A DNA stretch of 64,000 bases, from the NCBI GenBank assembly GCA_963693365.1, contig CAVNZM010000002.1, forward strand, positions 13,487,615 through 13,551,614, given 5' to 3'. Below, in pieces: positions 14,145 to 25,197 of the stretch. How positions within the stretch are numbered: position 1 is the first letter of the stretch; every line of letters begins with the position of its first letter. The notes below the pieces were generated by a model. It saw only the letters and a program-made list of their open reading frames with translations, made no database searches and was not told the origin of the DNA. The position numbers were made by a program, and so were the translations under genes. Source of the DNA: Amoebidium appalachense (lineage: Eukaryota > Protista > Ichthyosporea).

Positions 14145-14767
14145 ATGGCAGCAAGATCTCTTGCTCTAAGCTGTTACGCCCCACAGGTTGCACGGAGGTA
14201 TGAGCGTGCATGTTTGAAAAGGCCTTGGGTTTTGGCAGAGTTTGTTTGGGGGGGGGAGGGGGAGGAAGAGAGAGGGAAAGGGAAAGGAGGGTCTCGAGGG
14301 CGGGGAGGGAGGGGAAGGAAGGAGGGGACGATGGCGGTAGGGCGGAAGGGGGGATAGCTTTGCTAGTGTCTCTGAGAGGGTCCGTTGCGCTGGTGACCAT
14401 GCAGACATCATGTGGGTTCGGATTTACGCATAGGCGGTTCGTGTGTGTACGGGTGTACCTTTGTTAGAACCTGCCTGTATGGGTGTGCTCTCGTTGTGTA
14501 CGAGGGGGTAGGGGACGGGAGGGGGTTTGTTCGTGGGTTGCAGACGGCCCAAATAAGGACATGGTAATTTGATTCGGCCGGATTAGGGTGAACAGTAAGA
14601 TACACTCGAGGTTCAGGGAACCAGAAGACAGGGCAAACAGAAAGGCAAGCTAGGCTTTGTGGGGTGTGGGAATGTGTTTGGATTTGCTTGTGTACGTTGG
14701 ATGGGTGGGTGGCGGGGAGGACCGGGGAGGGGGTGGGGGTCGGGAGGGGGGGAGGAGGAGGGGGGGA

Positions 14768-14799
<32 letters not shown>

Positions 14800-15561
14800 G
14801 GCATGGTCTCAATAATCCACCGCTCACCTGTATGCCCCCCCTCCCTGAAGCCAGGCACACGGCAGCATGCAGCCAACCAGCAACCGTACGCAGGCGGTGG
14901 GCCAGCACGAACCCAAATAGGCCACAGCCGGGAAATGATGTGACAGAACTGCGCCAGCAATGGGTGGGTGACGTTGTGTGCGTGTGCTTGCGTGCGTGTG
15001 TGCGTGTGTGCGTGCGGGTGTGCGGGTGTGCGGGTGTGCGGGTGTGCGCGTTTGCGCGTTTGCGCGTTTGTGTGCATCCGTGTGTGTGTGTGTGTGTGTG
15101 TGTGTGCCCTTCCGCCCTCACCCTCTCCCGGCGGAAAAATGTTTTCTTATTTAATGACGAAGTCCAGTAGTTCACGACTATTTGGGCACAAGTCCCTCTT
15201 TTTTTTTTTTTTTTTGGTGGGTCACCCCCTGAAGGGGCGGCGGTTGGGGGGTGCGGGGGCCGGGGGTTGGGGTGGGGGGATTGAGAGAGGATTGTACGGG
15301 GAGATGGGGAGGAAGGGAGAAGGGGGATGGGGATGGAGGGAGGTGAGAGAGGGTGTGCAAGGGGGGATAGAGACAGGTTTGTTTGGGATCATACATCAGC
15401 CATACAGTGTCTGACGCACGGTGAATGGCAGCTGCTGCGTGCATCGCACGAGAACACATATCTGAGCTGGACACGCAACGGCATCATCAGCACCTTGCTG
15501 GCCACCACCCTGCACCTGGCTGTCCTCCACGATCCCTCATACAGTAAATCTCCCCCCTCCC

Positions 15562-15630
<69 letters not shown>

Positions 15631-16270
15631 AACAATAATAATAATAAATAAATAAATTAAAGGAGGAAAGCCAGAGAACAAAGACAGGAAAACAAAAATG
15701 GGTCGGGCTGGGAGTAGGGGTTGGCAGGGGTTTTTTTTTTTTTTTTTTGGTAGCGGTGTGTGTGTGTGTGTGGAGGAGGGGGGGAGGGGGGGGCTTATGA
15801 TGTCAGTTGTTTTTTGAGATCTTTGGAGGTTGATTGGCTCTGGCGACTCAACATTACAAGACTTCAAGACCACCCAACGGTGCGCTGACAAAGGTGGGGG
15901 ACAGTGGCCTTCAGTCTGGCTGGCCTGTGTGTGACTAAGGGATGTGTGGGCTACGTGCTGACAGGTGTGTGAGCCCAGCCCCCTCCCCCCACCCCCCCCC
16001 CCCCACCCCACCCCCCCCCCCTTCTCGCGCCCTCCCACTTTCCCCCAGTACACGTTTTCCCCTGGAAACTTAGGTTTGCTGCACTTTTGCAAGCAGTGTT
16101 GCAGGCTGGGGTAAGTTTTCTGCATCCTGTACACCCGTCATAGCAGTATGGTACCCCGGCAATAAGCAGTACACGACCCCCCACCCTCTCCCCCCACCCT
16201 CCCCCCTCACCCGCCCTCCCTCCCCCCACCCGACACACACACACCTCTCCCCCCACCCAACACACACGCG

Positions 16271-16323
<53 letters not shown>

Positions 16324-17077
16324 GCACGCACGCACACCCACCCACACACACACCCACATACACACCACTCCCTTCTCGCCAGCCCCCCCAGACATCTTTA
16401 CTTCCATGCAACCGGGCATGGTTGCTCTGTGTCGTGCATCTGTAAGCACATACGCGTTTGTCGCTGCACTGCATTAGTTTGCACATACATCTTCACCGTT
16501 TTGCTCACCTTGCTTGCATAAGCAACCCTGCTCGTCTTTGATCAAGACGGGTTGACCCACCCAAGTTCAGTTGATGCTGCTGTCTGAGTTGGAGCGTCGT
16601 ATATACGCGGGCTAAGGGGTCGAAACTCAGACGCAATTGATGACTTGGGCCCTCCCTGAGGATGGGCTCTGCTTATGACGCATACTGTGCGCATGGCTGA
16701 TGCTGCATACTTGAATGTTTGCCTTTGCATGTGTCCTGCACCATGCTTCTCATCGTGTATGCGTACTTCGTACTGTGTTCCGCATTCAAACCCCCCCCCC
16801 CCCCCCCCCCGGTAACTCCCTCCCATGCGGGGGGGGGGGGGGAGGGGGGGGGGGGGGGAGTCAGTTATGATTATTATTTTCTTTCTTTCTTTCTTTCTTT
16901 CTTCTTTCTTTTTTATTTTTTGTGAAAGAGACTTACGGTAGTTATGCAGCACACAGGTTACGGCATGCCATGGGGCTGTCCCGGGCGGGGCTCTTGTGGT
17001 GTGGGGTGCATGCGGGGGCAAAGATGACGGCATGGGGGGGCACCGTGGCACTGATACTCGGTGTGCTGCCCCTGTGA
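14145..17077 (+). CDS. TMEM160: TMEM160 homolog (mitochondrial inner-membrane protein), multi-exon; middle exon(s) uncertain
   Basis: Arg/Ala-rich presequence (MAARSLAL...VRRRWAST). Exon 15408-15543 [22 protein letters not shown] matches recalled TMEM160 AWLLRKAHETAFLSWFRNGLL. Last exon [15 protein letters not shown]...[11 protein letters not shown] parallels LRGPMQLTLGG and the final TM helix. Confidence 0.72.
16508..16790 (+). ncRNA. Unidentified structured RNA-like element, copy A (TMEM160 intron)
   Basis: Homologous to minus-strand 52414-52664. Terminal helix GCATAAGCA/TGCTTATG, hairpin CTCGTCTT/AAGACGGG, long stem CCCAAGT..GTCTGAGTT/AACTCAGAC..ACTTGGG, pseudoknot GACCC/GGGTC. Confidence 0.6.
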
Positions 17078-18028
17078 GACTCAGTGCTCACTGTACTGCT
17101 GGTGTGTGCTGGATGGTGGAACTTCAGATTTTTCTCTGGCCTAGCTGTAACGATCTATGAATTTTTTGGAATGTTCATCATGCATTCATGTAAAACTTGT
17201 CCTCATCCCCTAGGAAACGCCCCTCTGCTCCCCTACACAGACTGAGTGACAGTTACGTATTAGAATGAACACGTGTGCAAACAGATTGCCATGCACACAC
17301 ACGCCTATTCCACTCCCCTTCCTCTCCTCCCCTCCCTCCCACCACAACCAACTTTTCCCCGCAATCCACACACTCACAGTTACATACACACATGTGCTTG
17401 TCATGTTAAAATAACGGCGTTTCCTCATTTTATAGGTGTAGTTGATGAGCGTTGAATTTCTTAAGTTGTGGTTCCGGCCTGGACTAATATACATGTGCAC
17501 GTGGCTCAATCCGGTGCATGTAGTTGTAGATTCTGTTCATGTCCTCGAGTTGCTTTCTTCTGCTTGGGCATAACCAAAGTTGAAATCCCGTGACTAATGT
17601 TGTGGCTACTACAACAAGTACGCTGCTACAACAGTACCTTTACAGTATATAACCATGGGTTTCCGGACTTTAAATATTGTAGTGGTGGGTACGGGTCATT
17701 GCATCCGATGACGTCACAAGATATCTGCTGGGGAACTAGGTTTTACTGTAGACTAAATAGGGCATGCACAGCGGGCAGAACAGTCATGCATATCGAGGCG
17801 TGAAATATCACAGGCTGTTGCCCTGTCTGAATGGACATATCTGCCCGATGTGGCATTTCTAACGGGCATGCACAAAAGGATTTCAGTACTGTACTAGTAC
17901 TAGTGGCATGTGTTCCCAATCATTGTATGCAGACAGACTTTCAAAGAACTTTAGAGCTGTTACGGTAACTGTACAGCTGCTAAGAAAACTGAAAATGCCT
18001 GCATGGAGAAACCCGCAGGCCCTGGGAA

Positions 18029-18060
<32 letters not shown>

Positions 18061-18299
18061 GTACCGGTAGCCGCCCGCCCACCTGCCCGCCTGCCCGCCT
18101 GCCCGCCTGCCCGCCTGCCCGCCCGCCCATGCGCGTGATCATGACCAGAGTCTCTTTTCCACCCACCAAAGTTGTACATGTATTCGTTACTTTTTTTTAT
18201 AGGAATTGCTTCCGTTTTGGCCACTGATGCATATATCCCCCCCCCATACACATACACACACGCACCACACACACACACCCACACACACCGTATGATACA

Positions 18300-18337
<38 letters not shown>

Positions 18338-19243
18338 AAACACATTCGCACGCACACATTAAATATTCCCACCCCTTCGTGCCGGCGCTCTTCTTCTGGT
18401 GCTCATTGTGTGTTCGTTGCAAGGTACTGCTATGGTGTTGTCCGCGGCAAATGTGTACTCTATGTTCCATAACATTATCGTTATACGACCCCCTCCCCCC
18501 CCCCCCCCCCCCCCCCCCCCGGGCCCCCCCCTCCCCCCTCCCTTCACGCCTCACTCACCTCCTCCCCCTGCCCCCTCCTCCCTCACCCTTGGTCCCTAGG
18601 TATAACATTTTCTAACGACAGCTCCCCCTCAAACCCCACCCCCCCTTCTCCCCCTGCCCCCACCCGCCTCACTCACCTCCCCCCCCTCCCCCCACCCCCT
18701 CCCTCATCTTGCTCGTTTACACAAGTAGAGCACGCAAACATACACACCATAGCACACACACTGACATACACATGAACACACACACTCACACACACACATA
18801 CACACACGTACACACTCTAGCAAACACACACATGTGTATGTGGTGTTAGTGAGTGTATCTGCATGTTCATGTCGGGTGCTCATCGCTGGGCAACATTTGT
18901 GCGCATGCATGCACCCCGTGTGCGTGTGTGGTTCATGCGTGTGCAGGTACATGTAAATTAATCCCTTAGATGCGTTTGAAAGTGTGTGCTGTGTGTGTGC
19001 GCGTGCGAAAGGGAGGGTGGGGGAGGCGCTTGGGGTGGGGTGGGGGGTGGGGGGCACCTGAACTGGTGCCCCCCCCCCCCCCCCCCCCCCCCCACCCTAC
19101 ATACTAGCCGGAGGGGTGGGTGGCCCCCCCCCCTCCCCCCCCCCCCCCCCCCCCCCCCCTCCCCCCCACCACCACCAACCTAGCTACTACCCCCCACCCC
19201 GTTTCAAAATCAAGAATCCCTAATCACACGGTTTCCAATCAAT

Positions 19244-21014
19244 GTGTGTATAACTAAATGCGGCAGCGCAACGTGTGTTTCTACTGCCACGGGCTACTAC
19301 TGTGACTGTCCTGTTGGGTGTGACGGTGATGGTACAACCACGGGCACGGGTTGCACGGACATTGACGAATGTACACGTAGCCCTGGGCCATGCGCCTACC
19401 CCGGAGGTTACTGTATAAACAATGAGGGCAGCTTCAGCTGTGCTTGCATGTCACCGTACACGGGTGATGGATACACAAGTTGCACATGCCCTGCTGGAGC
19501 AAATTGCAACAATGCCACCGCCCCAACCACTACCACAACCACCAAAACAACAACAACAACCACCACCACAACCACCACCAATGCTGCAGTCACCACCACC
19601 TCTACCCAGGCTGCCTCAGCCGGGGCCACTACAGCAGCTTCCAGCACGACTGCAAAAACTACCACCCAAGCACCTGCCACAAACGCAACCACCAGTACTT
19701 CATGATCAAGTGCCGCCGGAACATCATCGGCGGGTGCCACAACTACCACTAGTGCCAACACAGCCACCGGAGCAACCACCGCAACCACAAGTGCTGCCGG
19801 AACATCAACAGCTGGTGCTACAACGACCACCAAGGCCAGCACGGGAGCAACCACTGCGACAGGAGCTAGTGCCACAACCACAACAAATGCTGGCACCGGT
19901 GCTTCCGTCAGCACCACGTCAGCGGGTGGTACTTCTAGTAGCAGTGCTAAACCAGCTACAAGTACAACCACCACGGGCGCCAGTGCTGCGCCGTCACAGA
20001 CAACGAGTGTGGGAGCTACTACTACTACTAAAAGTACTAGTACTAGTACGTACTAGTAGTGGGAATAGTACGCAAGTGGGTGCGGCGTCATTGCCGAAGC
20101 AGCCTGCATCCAATTGTTTTGTTGGTGACGGCACAAGCGACTTTACCGTCAAGTTCGGTAACGCCGGCGGAACAGCTGCATTTGCAAAAGCCGCCCAGTC
20201 GCTGTTTGACATCACAGACCCGAATGACGGGGGCTACTGCTTGGAGGTGGACTCGCCCTTAAGCTTATATGGCAAGTTCCTGTACGACTGCGAGCATCCG
20301 GATTCTGCATTGACGGGAACCTACACGGCGGCTACCAAGACTTTTGCTATTAGCGGGAGCTTGGTTCGGTGCCACACGGGGTGGCCCAAGGCCTACCGTG
20401 ATGCATATATTGCTGCCAGCGGCGCATGCAACATCAACTTCAGCTACAAACTCACGTCTGTCAACGGCACTCTGCGGCACCTCGATCCTGTCAGCCCGGG
20501 GGGCGGTACCATCACATGCAAACAGGAGACCATCACCTACTCCGGGAAGATGCTTGGCACCCACGCATTTGAGGTGTGTGACCCGCACCACGCACATTCT
20601 TTGTAAATACATGCCCACCCGAATTAACACGCCAGTTTTCAACATGTAATACGTTTGCACTTAGTGCACGTTGTATCAAAATGACATTTCAGCCTGACAA
20701 CTACGGTAGTACTACACAAACGTAGGCTGCCCCTATGTTAATATGCGCAGTTTCAAACACACCGTATGTCCCTAGTACGTTTGTTTTCTTTTCCTGTCTG
20801 ATTTTTGAGGCCAGGCTACATCTAACCCCCTAGGCTGCTTGCTCACTGCAGTCAGTTACCTCTGAGCATTCATTGACTCAAGAATACTAACCCGGTGTGT
20901 TCATTGCAGGTGGGATTGGAGAAGGCCCCCAAGGGCAACAATGGTATTGGTTGGCTCGTATTCCCGTCAGAGATGACCCGCCAAGGTGATTGGTTGTTTT
21001 CTATCTACTGCTGA
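19244..21014 (+). pseudogene. Disrupted gene: EGF/Ca-binding EGF domains, Thr/Ala mucin stalk, C-terminal globular domain
   Basis: DIDEC..PCAYPGGYCINNEGSFSCAC cbEGF signature. In-frame TGA at 19703 inside the stalk, with Thr-rich frame continuing. Frameshift in GTACTA repeats near 20050. Intron 20574-20909; last exon VGLEK...GIGWLVF...GDWLFSIYC*. 5' exons unresolved. Confidence 0.75.
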
Positions 21015-21243
21015 TAGGCACGGATTCAGGCGATGCTGGAGAATTATGACCAGCTGCCAGACGTCAACCATAAGGACACGATGTTCAACTTGTTGTGGGA
21101 ATCAATAAAAAGTAGTGTTTTAAATGCTGTCTGTCTTGTTTTTTATTTTGTGCTGTGTCGGCTAGTTCAGTATTGAAGAGATATTACATGTACAGTACGT
21201 AGGATCAACTGGTGAATGCCATTAATAAGAAGTGTTTTTGACA

Positions 21244-21441
<198 letters not shown>

Positions 21442-21534
21442 ATTGTTTGGTTGGGGGGTAAGATACGTAGATGAGTAAAAGAGACAGAAAAAGGGTGTGC
21501 ATCAATAGATAAAAGGTGTTGCATGGGTGTACAT

Positions 21535-22103
21535 TGTTATGTGGCTCACCGATCTGGTTTTTGATTGGTGAGGCTGGACGGCATTCCTGTCCCACAATCA
21601 CGGCTACGAAATTGCTTTGGTATAAAAGCAATTCGGTAGGTCAGTTCATCTGGGGAATGATTGCCGGTAATGGTGATCTGGCACAATAAATGGTTGCGCC
21701 TTTCAATGACGTACACCAGCCCGCCACATAGTAACAGTAAGCCAAGCTCCCAAAAGAGCGACCGCGAGCCGGACACGACAAGCTACACCCCCGCTGGGTC
21801 TTTCGTGCCCATGGAGTCGAGTCAGGAGACTCTAGCTTGTCCTTTGCGGGAGGGGATTGTTATGTGGCTCACCGATCTGGTTTTTGATTGGTGAGGCTGG
21901 ACGGCATTCCTGTCCCACAATCACGGCTACGAAATTGCTTTGGTATAAAAGCAATTCGGTAGGTCAGTTCATCTGGGGAATGATTGCCGGTAATGGTGAT
22001 CTGGCACAATAAATGGTTGCGCCTTTCAATGACGTACACCAGCCCGCCACATAGTAACAGTAAGCCAAGCTCCCAAAAGAGCGACCGCGAGCCGGACACG
22101 ACA
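21535..22103 (+). mobile_element. TRIM (miniature non-autonomous LTR retrotransposon), 569 bp
   Basis: Two 246-bp TG...CA LTRs (21535-21780, 21858-22103) that look identical, each with TATAAAA and AATAAA. 77-bp internal region ending in PPT GCGGGAGGGGAT. 5-bp TSD TACAT (21530-21534 and 22104-22108). Confidence 0.96.
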
Positions 22104-23943
22104 TACATATACCGCACACGGTGACTGAGATCATTATCTTTGTCTGCCACAAATAAATTGTATGTATATATATTTCGGGGTTCCCAGGATCTTGTGCAAG
22201 AGCCATGTGGCACACACGTGCATGTGACCTGTGCTTGTGTGTGTGCGGCGCGCGTGTGCACGTTTGTATGTTCTCTACGCATCCCCCCCCCCCCCCCCCC
22301 TCCCCCCCGTGGGTGTTGTGCGCAACGTGCACCCCACTCACTCACGTACACCACAACCACACACACCACAGTGCACACACACACAGTCACACACACGCGC
22401 GCACCCGCAGATCAGAATATCGTGTTTACTATTGCTAGCTTCTAATGCTAACCCTCTCGCTCTCCCTTCCCCTCGCCTCCGGTAAATCTGGGGGAGGCCC
22501 TCACTTCTTGGCCCCCGGTCCCTGGCCATGGACAGGGGCCTGGAGGGGGGGGGGGGCCGAGGAGGACGGGGGGGAGGGGGGGAGGGGCACGAGATGGCAG
22601 GAGCGGGAATGAGGGGGGAGGGGGGGAGGAGGGGGACAGGAGGGAGAGGAAGACGCGGTGGGGAGTTGGGGGGGGGGGGGGGGGGGGGGGGGGGGTGGGT
22701 CGGAGTATGTACATGACTATAGGAGTATCGGAAGGATGGGGTTATCGTTGAGTGAGTTGGGAGGCCGACGGGTTGTAAGAGTTATTTGAGTTCTATAGTA
22801 CATACATATGTGCATGGGCAGTCTCGTGTGTGCATGTATGTGATATGTGCATGAAGCGGTGTTTCATGTATGCCCGCCATTACATGAGGCTTGGTTTAAA
22901 ATATTGGAATACATATGAAAACGAGGGTGGGGGCTATTAGGTGGGGAGGGAAAGGGAGGGGGGGGGGGGGGGGGAGGGGGGGGAGGGGAGGGGACATGGC
23001 AAGCGTTGAATGAACTTTATTCTCTGCAGTGATGTTGGTGGGTGAAGGGAAGGGAGGGAAAGAAAAGTGGAAGGGAGTGTTGGAGAGAGGGGGGAGGGGG
23101 GAGAGGGGGGGGGGGATGAAGGGAAGAGGGAGGGAGAGAGGGGGGCGGGCGGGGAGGGGAAGGGAGGGAGGGAGGGAGAGGGGGGGGGGGGGGGGGGGGG
23201 GGGGAGGGAGAGGTGAGCGCCCCTCGAACCCCAGCATCTGTGCACGGTGTGTGCGAAATTCCTTCTGCTGGTTTTTGCAAAGGAATCACATATTGTTATA
23301 CAAAGTGTCTACTTGTAACCGAACAATTCTAGATCTGTGAAACTTTAGAGCAGAATTTCGAATGACATTCCGACACAAGCCACAATTCGTGTGCGGAATA
23401 ATCTTGCATACAGCAGAATAGCTGCTTGTATTGAATATTCCGCCGTTCCGCGAATGATTCTGCTCAAACCAAATATTCTCCGTTTGCAGAATAATTCTGG
23501 TGTTCCTGAATGAGAATACTTATATGCTGCGTCCACAGCAGAATAATTCTGCTCACAACTGGTTCATTCTGCTTGGTGGTACCGGTTGGGCCCTTGGGGG
23601 GGGGGGGGGGGGGGGGGGGGGGGAGGGGGGGGGTAAAAGGGTAATGGGTGAAATAGGGGAGGAGGGAGAGTGGGTGGGTGGGTGGGTGGGGGGGGGGGGG
23701 GGGGGGGGGGAACTCGATCTCGGGGAACGAGGGGGTCCTGGACTGGGATTGGACGGAGCCTGAGTTCTCTCAGAGAAAGTGGGCACCAAAAAAGTGCCTT
23801 GCAATTGATGTGTGCTCGAGCATCATAATCATCACGAAATCGAATCCTTCTAATGAGGATGATGATACAATTCAGCAAGCGTGTAGGTGAGTGAACAAAG
23901 TGTGAGCTTGTTTACTTACTTGCAGGTGTGTGTGTGTGTGTAT

Positions 23944-24010
<67 letters not shown>

Positions 24011-24841
24011 GTGTGTGTGTTGTGTGTGTGTGTGTGGGGGGGGGGGGAGGGGGGCGCGTGTGTGGGCGTGTGTAAATGTGTGTCACAGCGTGCTTGCACG
24101 AGTGTGACACTGTGTGCGCTAGTGTGCAATTGTCTGCACTTGCCCCTGCACCTTGTTTATTATGTGTGAGTGTCAATTCATATTTGTTCGGTATAATGTG
24201 TGTATGTGTGCGTGACATGAGCCCGCATCCCCGTGCGTGCAGGTGTACATGTGTGCACATCGGTGCACGTGTATGTGTACGTGTGTGTGTGTGCACTGTG
24301 TGTATGTGTGTGCGCGTTTGTGTGTACACGTGTGTGTGTGTGTGTGCGTGTATTTTCGTGCGTGTGTGCGTGTGCACGTGTGTGTGTGTGTGTGTGCACG
24401 TGCATGTGCATGCGTGTTTATTTGCGTGTTTGTGTGTTTGTACATGTGATCATGACCCTGTTTCGCAGCTGACAATTATGATAATAAAGTGGTGTAGCGA
24501 TGGAACCCCAGCAGTATACTTTTTTGTAGTGACCGACACATCAAATAAGGGCCCTAAACGAAGTGCACGACACGTGCTCGAGTGTACACTTTCTGTCGGG
24601 GGGTTCAATTGCTGCTACTAGGGGTGGGCCCGGGCCTGCTGCGGGAAACTTTCTTTGGTCAAGGCTTCCGCGGGGCTGGGCCACCGTACCGGTGGCTCAC
24701 GGTGGTGGTGGTGGCCCTGTCTGCCTGTGCCACGACGTGGTGAGTGGGTGGTGGGCGGGTGGACGGCCGGGGTGGGCGGTCGGGTGGGTTGGGTGGACGG
24801 GCGGGTGGGTGGGTGGGGGTGCGTGTGTGTGCGTGTCAGTG

Positions 24842-24874
<33 letters not shown>

Positions 24875-24962
24875 GGGGGGGGGGAGGGGGCGGAGGGGGG
24901 ATAATAATGATAAGACATCATAGAGTCTGGCCCTATGCTGGGATCCGGCCGGCGGCCGGAAA

Positions 24963-25021
24963 GCCTAACACGTACTGACGTGTTGCCGCACGTGCGACGT
25001 TATACATCTACTTGAGGCGGC

Positions 25022-25057
<36 letters not shown>

Positions 25058-25197
25058 AGACACCGCCTCAGTAGCTAACACGTACGTACTGACGTGTTGC
25101 CGCACGTGCGACGTTTAACATCTACTCAGGCGGCCCTTTTAAGTTAAAAAAAAAAAAAAAAGAAAAAGGAAGGAGACACCGCCTCAGTAGGTGGTAG
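24963..25197 (+). repeat. Tandem pair of a ~115-bp dispersed repeat
   Basis: CTAACACGTACTGACGTGTTGCCGCACGTGCGACG...poly(A)...GGAGACACCGCCTCAGTAG occurs twice; inverted third copy at 57198-57318. Confidence 0.85.

Noticed and set aside
16656-16662. CTGAGGA as hammerhead CUGANGA core
   Set aside because: The GAAA lies upstream, and no stem II-GAAA-stem III order follows.
18172-18240. Signal-peptide-like MYSLLFFIGIASVLATDA as the start of the EGF gene
   Set aside because: Runs straight into microsatellite with no clear donor site; cannot be linked.
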